A stretch of DNA of 62,400 nucleotides, the filler included, from Choristocarpus tenellus KU-1152 (taxonomy: Eukaryota > Protista > Phaeophyceae), in NCBI GenBank assembly GCA_964200185.2. It is 10 parts of 10 records of this genome, joined end to end, with 100 filler letters (N's around TTAATTAATTAA, not from the genome) between each part and the next. Parts side by side here need not be neighbours in the genome. Positions count along the whole stretch, not along the records: positions 11,787 to 16,676 come from CAXNAD020012652.1; positions 16,777 to 21,411 come from CAXNAD020013697.1; positions 21,512 to 25,922 come from CAXNAD020014683.1; positions 26,023 to 33,460 come from CAXNAD020006163.1; 6 more parts are not named here. One strand, written 5' to 3'. The translations under genes were made by a program, and so were the position numbers. The notes below the pieces were generated by a model, which was not told where the DNA came from, ran no database searches, and saw nothing but the letters and a program-made list of their open reading frames with translations. How positions within the stretch are numbered: the first letter of the stretch is position 1; the number at the start of each line of letters is the position of its first letter. This document shows positions 14,201 through 26,794 of the stretch, one piece after another.

Positions 14201-14225
14201 AAGAAAACCACATCTTGAAAATTAC

Positions 14226-15101
14226 GAGGGCTTTCCACTGAGCAAGCAAATTATAATGATCCCGTCTCCCAACCAGACCTGTCCCAATTTTTTTTTTAAC
14301 ATGTCACGGTCCATGTCCGCTGGTCGGACCGGGTCAAACATTCTTGAGTCATGTCCATTGGGTATTGTACCAGTCCATGTCCACCCGCCTGACCGAGTCT
14401 AGCAATCTCTGTCATATCTAGACCATGTTCACTGAGTTATTGTACCGGTCTGTGACCACCAGCCAGTCAGTCTAATTTTTCCTTGGCATGTCCGGACCAT
14501 CCATGTCCACTTTATCTTCTTTTACTCTACATGAAAAAAATCTTTATGTCAAAGGTTAGGTTATACTACATTAGTAGTATGTGCATATAGATAGCACTTT
14601 TTCAAATCTTCTCTGGACATTCTTGTCTCCAAATAATGAAGAACATGTATGTATGTGTAGTGAGATAATACAAGTGTCCGTATGTTAATAATTTAATTGT
14701 ATTCTATTGTGCAGTTTTAGTAGTCTCTAGAACAGTAAAACAGGAAAAATATTGAGATGATCCATTTATGTTATACTTAGTATTTACAATGATAGCACTA
14801 TAGGATGCAAGATACAAGTAGTAAAGCGAATGGAATAGCGAGGCATGGCCATGACGTGGCTGGTTCCACTATAAAAAAAATATTACCTGGCCGGTCATAG
14901 ACTAAATATTCTAACTTGGTGAGTCCATGGTGTCACTACTCAACATGATGACCGGCCTAGCACCCAGCGTTGTATAGCCAAGTTTGGATATGTCTGAGTC
15001 CATGACCATCGACCACTTCAACATCGTGGAGCCATCTGCTGGCCTGTGGCTGCATGACCGATAATCGACAAGCTAACTGCCCGCCCCAGTAAGAAGTCCT
15101 G
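14226..15101 (+). mobile_element. Non-autonomous hAT-type element, copy 1 (~870 bp)
   Basis: Termini GAGGGCTTTCCAC...GTAAGAAGTCCTG; subterminal CCATGTCC repeats; both flanks begin or end with AAAATT (partial TSD). Confidence 0.6.
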
Positions 15102-15107
15102 AAAATT

Positions 15108-15281
15108 GGCTCAAAGTATCTAGGGGGGGGGTCTACACCAGGGTGTCCATTCAGGCCCTGACCAGGAGAAGTGAATTTACAATATCCATCTGATGCATGC
15201 AACCAAATCACTCAAAAATCGCGACATGGAAAAGGGCCCCGAATGGACAACCAGCGCCCCCCCCCCCAGATACTTTGAGCC
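15108..15281. mobile_element. MITE family R1 (~175-195 bp), full copy; others at 60876-61069 (full) and ~18-192, ~11787-11890, 16659-16676, 16777-16878, 21316-21411, 40297-40349, 48389-48483 (partial)
   Basis: TIRs GGCTCAAAGTATCT(G)n...(C)nAGATACTTTGAGCC; shared internal TCTACACCAGGGTGTCCATT...AAAGTGCATTTACATTATCCATC; the 60876 copy has a TTGA target duplication. Confidence 0.85.
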
Positions 15282-15624
15282 ATTATTAAAGAAATATTTT
15301 GTTTGGTGTTAATATATTATCATTTACTATTCCCCATAAGCGACTCTTACAACAATTTTTTGTGCACTTGTTGTGAAGTGTGTATACTTTACTGTAAAAC
15401 TATGTAATTACATCCGTCCATCCATCTCTGTTATGTTACCTGTACTGACTCTCTCACGTATGCACATTGCAAATATCACTGCTAACATAAGCCAAGTAAT
15501 TCCTTGTCGTCCATCCATGAGCCATACCATTTTACAAAGGAGTGGCGGGCGTCTGTTTGGAGTGATTATTCAATGTTTTGATTTGGATGTCATCAAATCC
15601 GGAAAATAGTACAAAGAAAAAAGT

Positions 15625-16489
15625 GAGGCTTTTCATTGGAACGGTCAGACAGCATGTATGTCCACTGTCGGCCATATGGCTGCACGCTGATTGGTGGTCC
15701 GCCCATGTTGAAACAGTCAATTGCCATGGACTCCGTCATTTTCGAACTTGATAATACATGGCCAGTGGCAACCCCAGTTATTATGTTGAGTAAGCGATGA
15801 CCATAGACTTGGCCATGTTCGGACTTGGTTGTACATGGCCGGTGAGTGGTCCCAGTCATGTTGAGTAAGCGATGGCCATGTTAGAACAAAATATCTATGG
15901 GCAGTAGTGAGGTTATAAATATTTTTTACACTCGGGTTGGCCATGTCATGACCATGCCTTCTATTTTTTATTTTACCACTCTTCTTGAATATTGTATCCT
16001 AAATTTCAAATTTCTTGTGAGTACAAAATATTTTGAGTGTAGTGATATTTCAATATTATTTTGCTTTGAAAAGTAAAATTGTAATTTCTATACAAATATA
16101 TTGTTGGTTGTCTGAGGTGATACGTGATACGTGTGTGTGTGTATGAACGTCTCACATTCACACTTGAAAACACATAGTGGACATGGTCCGAACATGCCAG
16201 AAAAGATTGAGCGGATGGGTGGCCATGGTCCGAATATGCAGGGAAAAAGTTAGACTGGGAGTCCGGTGGACATGGACTACTGGTACAATAACATGGTCCA
16301 GACATGTCAGAGAATGTTTGACTGGTGGATACGGACCAGTTCAATACCTAGTGGACATGGACCAGGACACGTTATATGATTGTGGGACCGGTTCGGACAT
16401 GGACATGGACTGGGACATGTTAATAATCATAGACCAGTCCGACCAGTGGACGAGACATTTTAAATTTGCTGGGTTGGTGAAAAGCCCTG
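15625..16489 (-). mobile_element. Non-autonomous hAT-type element, copy 2, inverted relative to copy 1
   Basis: Termini GAGGCTTTTCAT...GTGAAAAGCCCTG; GGACATGG repeats; flanks AAAAAAGT / AAAAAAGG (7/8 TSD match); internal reverse-complement similarity to copy 1. Confidence 0.6.
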
Positions 16490-17430
16490 AAAAAAGGACT
16501 TCAAAAAGTCGTTCAACCACAACATTTTCAGCCCCGAACGGATAGACAGAGGTAAAACGTTTAACCCCTCTAAATGGTGTGTGTCCCATTTGCACCCTTA
16601 TGAATACGTTACCTGTACCAGGTCTCGTGCTTACAAGCAGCCTTACCCATCCACTCGCGACCCAAAGTATCTGGGGNNNNNNNNNNNNNNNNNNNNNNNN
16701 NNNNNNNNNNNNNNNNNNNNTTAATTAATTAANNNNNNNNNNNNNNNNNNNNNNNNNNNNNNNNNNNNNNNNNNNNTGGAATAGGTCGGATGGAAACTGT
16801 AAATGCACTTTTTCTGGTTTTTGTTCAAATGTCCACCCTGGGGTAGGACCCCCCCCCCCCTCCCAGATACTTTGGGTCGATATGTGGAAAATCTAAATGA
16901 TTTTTTTTAGCAAAAATATTGGCCACCCCATACACATTGTTGCTTGTCCTTCACTGCAATTCTGGATACACGTAAGCTGAACTATGCACCCCCTATCAAA
17001 ACTTACCTTCCTATCAGCTCATATTTGTTCCAACAAGTGGTGAGCCAATCCTCACAAAAAAAATCGAATCCAAGACAAACAATGCACGAAAAAAAAACGT
17101 AGTATACAAAATGTCCAAAACTGTCACAACACTCCATTTCCCGAAAATTGTGCAGTCAGTGCCAAAAGACAAATCAGTGTCCTATTGGCTATCGTGTCTA
17201 GTATCGTCCCAAAGTCCTAGCCTAAAGGACCTGCCTTATTGCAGAAGAGCCATGATAGTAAAACTGCTTTCAATAAGATTTACTCATTCTTATCACAGCT
17301 TTTCAGAAGGACCCTAGCCCCAGCCCTAGCTCTCACCCCAACCCTAACCCTTGGATAAAGAAAGTTTAGTTAGCTGCAGCGTGCAGGAATGACCCTATCT
17401 TTCAAAATAAGATGTTCCATGGAATCTGCT

Positions 17431-17687
17431 GAGTCAAAGTGTCTTAGAGAGTAGAGCCGCGTCCGTTTGGGGACCAAAATCCAATCTTGCGATTTTGATG
17501 TAATTCTAACTATCGTGTTTGTTAGGAATTGTCAATATCCTTATTCCGGACACACCATTCAAAATGTATACATTTTACCTACTCCAAAACATTTTGGAGT
17601 AGATAAATGCCATTAAAGACCCGTGGGAAGTCAAGACCCAAATGGACAAACACAGAAAAACTCGTACCCTCTAAGATATTTTCACTT
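17431..17687. mobile_element. MITE family R2 copy with 4-bp TSD (TGCT)
   Basis: TGCT|GAGTCAAAGTGTCTTAGAG...CTCTAAGATATTTTCACTT|TGCT. Confidence 0.82.
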
Positions 17688-19559
17688 TGCTCCCACAGAA
17701 TGTCTGCAGTAACAGTGACCCAAACCCTAATAATATAAACATCCCTAGGTCTATTGACACTAACAAGAACGATTTTAACACACATTAATATTAATAGGCC
17801 AACAAAATAACAACAATTATATATACTCCGTAGTATATGGCTAGGGATAGTGCTGCATTGGTTGTCATGATCCTCCAGCAAAAGAGTGCATGCGAACTTG
17901 CCCTATTCCTGCAACCAACCCACCCCTACCCACCTGCAATGTCAATCTGGGTGCATTCATCGACAAACGTATACATACACATGCCAACAGAAATCAAGGG
18001 CAGGATATTCAAGATGTGATATCAGTGCATATTACTTACAGACATACTTCGTGGTACTACCTAGCACTCTTTGTTTTTTCTTAGTGAACCTGTATCGCTA
18101 GGTAGTAGTACATAACAGGAAGTTTCCCTTCCACATATTCGGTTGTTGCTGCTGTGATGGCCTTGAAGTCTGCCCCTCCTTCCCAGACCCGTGTTGTTCT
18201 GTTCTTGTTCACAGCAGAAAGAGTCGGTTTCGTCTGATCCACCTCTACACGTTCTTCTTTGTTCAAGAACTCTCCCTCAGCCTTGTCCTTATTCACACCT
18301 CTGGGGAGGCTCTGAGGACGGCAATCAGTCCTCGCCGGAGTTTCTTGCCTCTGCCCCTTGCTCCCATTTTCCGTTACAGCTTCAATTTTCTTTCCTTTTC
18401 TAGTCTCGGTTTTCGTTTGCCCAAACAACGGTTTTTTACCTTTCCATCCCCATGTTGAACTGAGAGCCTGAGTGACGAAGGGGGTTAGGATTAGATTCTG
18501 TCTTGGAATGACCCATTCAAAAGGTGAACTTTCGATTTTGGGGGATGACATAGTGGGTGAGGGACCAGCGAACACACATGTGAGATAAGCGAAGTTGAAG
18601 TACGTAATATTCACCTTTTTTTGAAGTCCATTCTGGCATAAGAAATTGAAAGTACGTAAAATCCAAGTCCAGCACATATCATCCCCGTTTCTTGTTCCCT
18701 CATGCATTTGCTACAACATAAAAAAAAAATGCAATCAAGAGTGTGTAATACTCTGTTCCTTGGTGTTCATCACCTACTTACCAACAGTACCTCACACTTT
18801 CTGCCTGCACCACAGACGCTTCATTCGACCAAGTAGAAATGAACTAGAGAGACATGCAAAGATAAAACTAACAAAGAATCGTGCAAAGATTGATACAAAA
18901 AACCCCTGCTATGTCGGTATCGCAATTGAAATGCATACTCCTACTGTATTAGGATCTGAAGCATCCTTAAAGGAGGTGTTGTTGTTCTTATGGGGTCTTT
19001 GTGACTGTTTTCTGAATCGCATGTGTACTGACCCAAAGCAATTAAGAGGATCAGGAGGCATCCGTTTCGGCTCATAAATCCAATGTTGCGATTTTGATAA
19101 ATGTTGCTACTTGTGTTTGTTTGCAAGTGTCAATATCCTTGCTTTGGACACACCTTTCAAAGTCGTATACATTCTAGGTAACCGTGCTCACACAGAAAAC
19201 CGTAAAAGGGGCTTAAAAAACCCCGTGGGAAGCCAAGCCCCGAATGGACAGACAGCGCAAAACTCCTACCCTCTTAAATGCTTTGCCTCCAATCCAATCA
19301 CAAAACATCTGTCTTTTCTTGTACATCCGCATGCTCCTGATGGGGTATACCTGAATTTGGGCCATGAAAATGGAGCGTCAGGCATCATGATTACAACTCC
19401 CTTGACAACAGAATGCTCCAAATCCACACCCCTCTAGGATCTTTTAGCTCTGGATAAAATTTAGCCTTCAAGGTATTCATAGGTGTATATCTTGCTTCTG
19501 TTTGTACACCTGTCCCCTGATGCTACCCCTCTATCTTACATGTATTTTGTTCCTCAAAA

Positions 19560-21300
19560 TCTTTCACGTGATGAATTTCTCATCCAGACAGAAATCATCC
19601 ACATGGCACCCAATTACCTCCTCTTCTTCATTCGGTACCTCTGCCTTCTGCTTTCCTTGATCTAGAGGTTCCGGTTCTGTTTCAGTTTTGATACCCCTGT
19701 GGATGCCACCGGATTGCCTGTGATCATAAAATGCGCGCCCCAGTTTCTTACGCTTCCTTGGGCGTACCATCTCCAGCACCCTAGGCATAATGCTGTTGGT
19801 CTGGCACAAGGATTTCAACAATCGGCTTTGTTTCTGTGAGATGCAAAAATAAATCTATGTGCTTGCTAGGTGTGAGCGTGCATCAACGTCTGTATGATAT
19901 CAAAGTGTGTCTTTGGTGTAAACTTCCTTAATTGTGAGATTTTAAGTGGTGTGTGTGTGCTTCAATACTCTCGAGTATCTCCTACTTCAGTTGTTGCACA
20001 TGGTGTACATATGAGTTGTTGCAGATGTCTCTGTGTAGATACAAGCATATACGCGTCTGTGATGGTGCATATGGATGTGCCCTTGTACAACGTCAGGTCC
20101 TTTTTCACCTGTTCTCCAAACGAGGTCTGGAGGAGATTAATGAAATCCTCTGCATCCAGTTTTCCCTTTGTGTATTGTCCCACAGCATTCTCTAGGTCTG
20201 GTTGTTCGCCAGCATTGGTGCTGAGACTGCTCACCGACTCCAGGGAATACAGTGAGCATAATGACCTGGTACAGGGGCAGTGGGTTGCCAATGATCTACG
20301 AGTCATGCAAAAGATATAGTGTTTGAATATTCATACCTCTCTCTCGTGCTCTCACATGATACATGTTTATTTTATGCACGCATTCTTCCAAAAATGTGAA
20401 GCCGTACTGGAGCTTCTTCTAATACTGTCATAACACGCAAAAGGAGAGAGCTGCTTGTGAACTTGCAAGTCTATGGTCTACATGCAATTGCAGGTTGACT
20501 CCCAGAATATCGATCTTATCTCATATGGCTGAGTTCCTGCTTCTCTGGATCAGTGCATAGAACGCCTATAGCATAGAGCTAGTATTGAACTTAGTTCCTG
20601 GAGTTTTGAACATTGTTTTTCGAGCATATGCACATGTTCTTGCTGAATCTGATTGGCCATCCTGCGTTTTTTGTGCAGGGACGCGAGGGTGTCTGGTGAC
20701 AGTTCCAGCAGTTACAATGGCAAAATAAGTGGCGCATCTCTTGCTCCTTTCCTCCCACCAGACACCTGCCTGCATAGTCCCAAGGAGCATTCGGCAACTC
20801 CTTTCCCTACCTCGTAAGCACCTATCCCAAACAATGCACATGTCAAATTTTGGAATGAAAACACAAGAAATAATATCCTGGCAATAGAAAATGTACCAGA
20901 CTTTATCTCAATCCACTACACAGGTCACTTCTTTGGTGCAAAGCTTACTCCCCAAAGCATGCCTTCTTCAATCCTGGCATGGCCACAACTAGTGGCATTG
21001 TGCTTTACAGATTGTGCGTTCGATGCTCACACGTCATCTGCTGCATCCTGTTGTGCTTTGGTGTCTGCCTCCCTGAGATGCTTCATCTTCTTCCGGCTAG
21101 CACCATGCACCTGTCTCTTACCTTTTTTGAGAGAGTGTTGCGTGCGTTTCCACCCTCGGTGCACCTCCATCAGTGCCCAGGCCTGGGGGAGGAGTTGGAG
21201 GGGGAAGTAAGAGCAACAAAAAGGTGTACAAAATGCAAACGATTGAATTACTTGTGCAATTCAATGTACAAGAAAGCGACAATAAGCCGTCACTACAAAA
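19560..21300 (-). mobile_element. Degenerate KDZ (Kyakuja-Dileera-Zisupton)-like transposase
   Basis: Remnants in the expected order: RTC...KTPG (CxKxxxTPG), EEAPVR...KNAC (APxxxxYDNAC), HW/THCPC (DxFHxxNHxxC), TNAGEQ (NTxxxEQ). Heavily frameshifted. Confidence 0.35.
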
Positions 21301-21511
21301 ATCGCATCAGAATTGACCCAAAGTATCTGGGAGGGGGGGGGAGGTCTACACTAGGGTGTCCATTTCGACCAAAATCAGTAAAAGTGCATTTACATTATCC
21401 ATCCGACGTATNNNNNNNNNNNNNNNNNNNNNNNNNNNNNNNNNNNNNNNNNNNNTTAATTAATTAANNNNNNNNNNNNNNNNNNNNNNNNNNNNNNNNN
21501 NNNNNNNNNNN

Positions 21512-24500
21512 GGGGGGGAGCAGATGCTGGTCTGCTAGGTGCAGCCTTGGTGTATGTGATTCAGCTAGGAGGTCTTTTCCAGTGGACAGTGAGGCAGTCA
21601 GCTGAGGTGAGAGGAATGGAATGGAACCAGTATGGAAAACTAGCAATACACATGTGGTGTGGCTTGTTGATTGCATTAATGCTAATTCTGTAAATGTGCA
21701 GTATTGCCCCACTGGGAATGGAAATATGCATATGTTTTGTGAAGGTGTTGTCATCATTGGAAATAGAGTGCAGGAAGAGTTGAAAGGCAGGGCAGGGGAG
21801 AGGAGGGAGGGGTTGCTATTGAGAAGGATGTAGGTTTTGTTCATGTTTTAGTTTGTTTATAACCTTGTTAATAACCCTAACCTTGTTGGCTCTTGTTTCT
21901 CCTGTGAAAGAATGTTGAGAACATGGAGGTGTGTTGCGATGATTTGTCACTTGGAAGTGTTATTTTGGTATTGTGGGGGAATGATGAAATGGTTCCTGTC
22001 TGCCAAGTACTGTTGATAGTGATGTGATAGTACATCTTACTTGTACACCATTATGTACTGTGATACATACTATGTAGCATATGTGTGTATATATAGTAGG
22101 ACCAGGATGGGGCACAATTCTTGCTGGCACACTCCAGTATTCTAGAATTGTAGTGCACGTATGTATGTATATATATATTGTATTGGTATGATTGGTCAAA
22201 TGTCAAGGCAAGTGCTTGCTGTTTGGAGTTCCCCCCTCGTGATTTGGATGGCATGTTTACATGATACATGATATGGATGGTGTGGTCGCAAGCACACAAT
22301 CACTTCAATGTGCATATGGTTTTGCTTTCAGTCCCCTGCTCTCCCATCCCAACTCTACACTCCGAATGTACTTTTTTATTTTTATAGATACCCTTAGGAC
22401 AGGGGTTGGCCTGAGATAGATGTGGAATGTGGGATACGACATTTTATGTGGTCATTCCAACCGTCCTTGTTCACCTTCCCCTTCAATTCCCAGCATGCAC
22501 TCCTTACTTAATATTGTACATTGTGGTTTAAATAGTATTGATAATAATATTGCTAATGTCTCCAAGTGGTATTTTCATTTTATATCCTGTCCTGTACCAA
22601 TTGTGCTCGTGTCGCCTTCCATGTAAGGTGGAAAACCAGATGGTGTCAACAGAAAGGGTCTTGGCCTACTGTCGTGTATCTCAAGAGTCAAATTTGACAT
22701 CTGATGCTGACAAGGCTCCTCCCACTGATTGGCCTACAAAGGGGAAGATAGAGGCAAGTACAGCCTTAAAAGAAGAAGGATAAATTACACTTTAGTATAC
22801 TGTGCTGGAAAACTGATATATATTATTCCTTTAGTGTACTGTAATAAAAAAACAATATATATGTTTATGTATATATGTTTCACAAATAAAAGATTTGTCA
22901 TTAACTTGAGTTGTGTGGTACTATGGAGGGGCCCATTGTTGTAACAATTGAATTAATAGTATGGTCTGACTGTGTATTATGGCTGTGGGTTGGTGTATGT
23001 AATCACACTCATTCCCTGTTTGAGCAGGGTGTGATAATGTATTATTTTTGGGAGTGTAAGGTAATACTTTTGGTATGCTTGTCTACATATTACACTAAAC
23101 GGGTCTAATATTCACCCAAGTGTCTGGTATTAGTGTCTGGTATTAAATAGAAACCTGCAGTCTTAGGTATTAAACCTTAGCCTTAACTTTAATAGAATAT
23201 ACAACAATACACTATGCTTTCAGTGTGGTTTTTGTAGTGAATTGCTGTTTATCACCACATACCTCAGTACCTCAGTTGTTGTGAGACGGGGTTGGGTTTA
23301 ACTTGAGTGTCAAAAGGGTTTTTAATTTTCAACTTGTAGGATTCCATCTGCTTGTTGTATAGCATAGTATGGGGTATATTACATAGATTCCCTTGTCATT
23401 TTTCTACTCCAACTTAGTACAGTTTAAATAGTATAAATTATAATGTTGGTATTTTTGATGTTATTAGTAACATGCAAGTCCTTACATTAGTGAGGGCAGT
23501 GTAGCTGTGACAAGGGTGAGGTGTAGTCTGTTTTGGTGAAAAATAAACTAAAGTTGTACAAAGGTAGTATGGATTTTGTAGGACTGGGCTGAAGGTTTTG
23601 ATTTGGGTAAGATTCATTTTGAAAGGAACAGGTTGGATCTCCTCAGTAAATGCATACAATGTGTATATAGGTTTTGTTTTCACTCAAGTATTGGTATATT
23701 CTAAACAACCTTTTGATCTTTTAGTATGTATTGATAAGTCCATCACGTAGTGCAGGGAGAAGGAAGGTGTGGGCTACAATAGTAATCCATAGTTACATTT
23801 TTTTTTCTCTTTTTTGTCCTTGTTTTTTCAAAGCTGGCGCAGAGGATTTATTTTTTCTTTGTCCCTTGGTCTGTAGATTCATTTTATTTATTCATGTTAA
23901 TAACAACCAGTATGTTGATGACATCTCTGTAGCCAATCAAATACTGACTGACTGGCTCTTTTCTAGTGACGTCTGAGTGTTGTATTCTCTCTATATTTTA
24001 TCAAATAGATATTGTTTTACCTTGTTTCCTCTGTGAACACTAACATTACATCAAAATGTCAGATGTGATTATTACTGACTGTAACATGCCAGATTGTTTG
24101 TGGAGGTTTGATTTTGAAAATGCTAAGGAAGATGCCTTTACCTGAAGGTGTTTCTACCTATCTTGAAAATGAAGCTGAACCGATGATTTTTTTAATTTTA
24201 ATTTTTTATGTTAAGAAAGAACAAAGGACTGGAAACAAAGTCTTGGAATGTGATGGATTTTGATGGTGTGCATGTTTGATGTGACACTGAGAAAAAAGAG
24301 GGTGGTAAATAGGGTGGTGTTTTGAGGTGTTACGTGTAATGCTTGAAGGCAGTGAAGTTCAATATTTTGAATTACATCTTGATCTGCACCCCCCGTCCAT
24401 CCTTCAGTCACATTAACGAAAATAGTATGTTGAGTAGAAATTTCTACATTAAATTGCACAAAATAGATTTTATAACATCATGCTAATAGTACCTTTGTTA

Positions 24501-25813
24501 TGAAGGCTGGTTGTGTGATGGGGGGTGATGAGACCCATCAGAGATGAGGTTCTGAAAGGAAGTGAACGATGATAATGATGCATACTAGGCATATGTTGAC
24601 AGCCTGATAGTGCCATGTGGATCAATCTCCATTGTGATTGGTTGTGAAAAGTCAGAACAGAAAACACAATATCAGACTTTGCTGGTTTGAATCCACCGTT
24701 CATGTTGGGGTCACCGTGAGCTGACTGTGCATCTGACGCACACCACATCACATGACCTCATGTCAATACATGTCAATGGCAAAATGTGGTGTATGTATAT
24801 GTTTATGACTGCGTGTATTATCCTTATCAATGTTGGAACATCCCAAAAAGGTGACCTGTCCTTGACATATTTATTGTATATTCTATATTGTATATATTTA
24901 TTGTATATTATTTATTGTATATATTTTACACGGTAAGCCAAGGAAGAATAGGAGTTACCCGGGATGGGCTGGGCCTTGGTCAATTATTATTATTATTGGA
25001 TCTGCACCATCTGTTGACCTGGTATAAAGCTTTTTGTTTTTATTAGTTTTTATGTTATATACACATACATGTTATACATACATGTTCTATATTTAATTGG
25101 CTCTATTTTTGTAGGAGTGTGTTGTTGTTGGTCTGATCTTGTATATATATTCTCTTGCATGTCTGATCTCTTGTCTATTTATTATCCTCTTCATTTTTTT
25201 CAAACTTGACATGGTTAGGGTTAGGGTTAGGGTTAGGGTTAGGGTATACACAGTAACACTGGTGGTACTGTGATATGATGGACAATCATGTTTGAGGAGT
25301 TCTATCCCGAAATGATGAGAATCTGGTGGTGTATGTTATGATATGATATGATATGATATGATAAGATATGTCGTGGAGCACTCCTGGTGAAAGTGGACAA
25401 CTTCCCGCATACCACATACCATCAATAAGTTGAAGAGCAAAACAAGCCTTAGCTACAGCATCTAGAACTGTAAAAATACTATTATTAGTATCATTGTCAT
25501 TTATTGTGAGTACCTCAGTGCTGGAATAGGTAGGTGTGGTTTAGTGTAGTTATTGTAGTAACTACTATTGTGTCCTCGCAACTGCTCTCCTTCACATGCC
25601 CTCCCCCCCCCTCCCACCCCCCCACCCCCTTCCCTCATCTGACAAGCAGATGCGAAACCTAGTCCTTAGGTACAGGTCCGACCTTCCTCCTGTCCTCAAT
25701 GGACTTACTCTCACAGTAGAGGGGGGCTCAAGGGTTGGTGTAGTGGGTCGGACTGGTGCAGGGAAGTCTACTCTCATTAGTGCACTCTTCAGACTTGTTG
25801 AACAGGATGTCAC
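21512..25813 (+). CDS. ABCC/MRP-type ABC transporter, partial (end of TMD2 to NBD2 Walker A), 3 exons
   Basis: Exons 21512-21606 ([27 protein letters not shown]), 22628-22753 ([14 protein letters not shown]...WPTKGKIE), 25650-25813 ([20 protein letters not shown]...[23 protein letters not shown]). The second intron is GC-AG. Confidence 0.93.
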
Positions 25814-26022
25814 GTGAGTGCTCTTCACTCAATATTCAATATTCAATATTCAGTATAATTTTGTGTGTGTGTGTGTGTACTTGTTGCTGTGGACATGTAT
25901 TGCTTTTATTTGTGGGAGGGGGNNNNNNNNNNNNNNNNNNNNNNNNNNNNNNNNNNNNNNNNNNNNTTAATTAATTAANNNNNNNNNNNNNNNNNNNNNN
26001 NNNNNNNNNNNNNNNNNNNNNN

Positions 26023-26149
26023 ACAACAACCCACCTTCTTAAACTTTGCACGCCTCCAATTTACATGAGAACTAAGCCTCACCCAGAGGGTTTATCACTT
26101 GGTTTGTTACTGGGCGAGAATAGAGTGTGCAAAAGTTATGTTACATTAA
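26023..26149 (+). repeat. 127-nt exact terminal direct repeat of the contig (second copy 33334-33460)
   Basis: ACAACAACCCACCTTCTT...AAAAGTTATGTTACATTAA is both the first and the last 127 nt of the contig. Confidence 0.95.
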
Positions 26150-26794
26150 ATTCCTAATGAAGTATATTCTGAGTTGTGTTGGAAGGATTTCAAATAATAC
26201 AGAAATAAGACTTTCAAGTCCAGGTTAGAATTTCATCCATCGAACCATGGACGAATTGCAAAAAAAGGAAAAACACACATATAACGCAAAACGCCCAAAA
26301 CCTGTGTACCTGTCGTTTACTTTGTCTCTCATCTATGCTCAAAAATAAATAGAGTAAATTCCAGCATCAAATTTGATTGCTGGTGTATAGTTCTAGACAC
26401 TACTGATGATACTAATTCCTGGTGGAGGAAAGCTGGACCTGACAAAACACATCAAATTTACTCTCTGAAGGGCAAGATGGTCGAGATATTACTAAAGCAC
26501 CTATTAATTAGGGTATGTGGAAAGAATCCTACAATCGTCATAGTTAGATATGTGCTGCTGTATGTTTGGCAAAATGGGGGTAAGGTGGAAATGATGAAGT
26601 TGATTTGACGTCCAAAATTCACGTAGGATCTGAGATATGGACTAATCAACCTTCAGGTTGGAGTAAATACTTCAACCACCCCGACTAGGCTGGAGGCATC
26701 AAAACGTCGAAAACTTTGCTAGAAGTTCATATTTTGAAACTTATTAGGTTCATCCACAATACTGATAGTACAACCAAGACAATTATTACTGCAC

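Noticed and set aside
16177-16545. 122-aa ORF with DMDMD repeats
   Set aside because: Translation of the GGACATGG subterminal repeats of the hAT-type element.
18081-18707. Longest ORF in the track (208 aa) as a gene
   Set aside because: No recognisable domain, K/E/T-rich, lies among transposon debris and has no convincing splice model; left unassigned.
24200-24760. Possible piggyBac remnant in the ABCC intron ([10 protein letters not shown] ~ MGGVDxxDQ)
   Set aside because: One weak motif only; no TTAA-flanked TIRs identified.
25215-25244. TTAGGG arrays as true chromosome ends
   Set aside because: They are short and internal, several inside introns of continuing genes.
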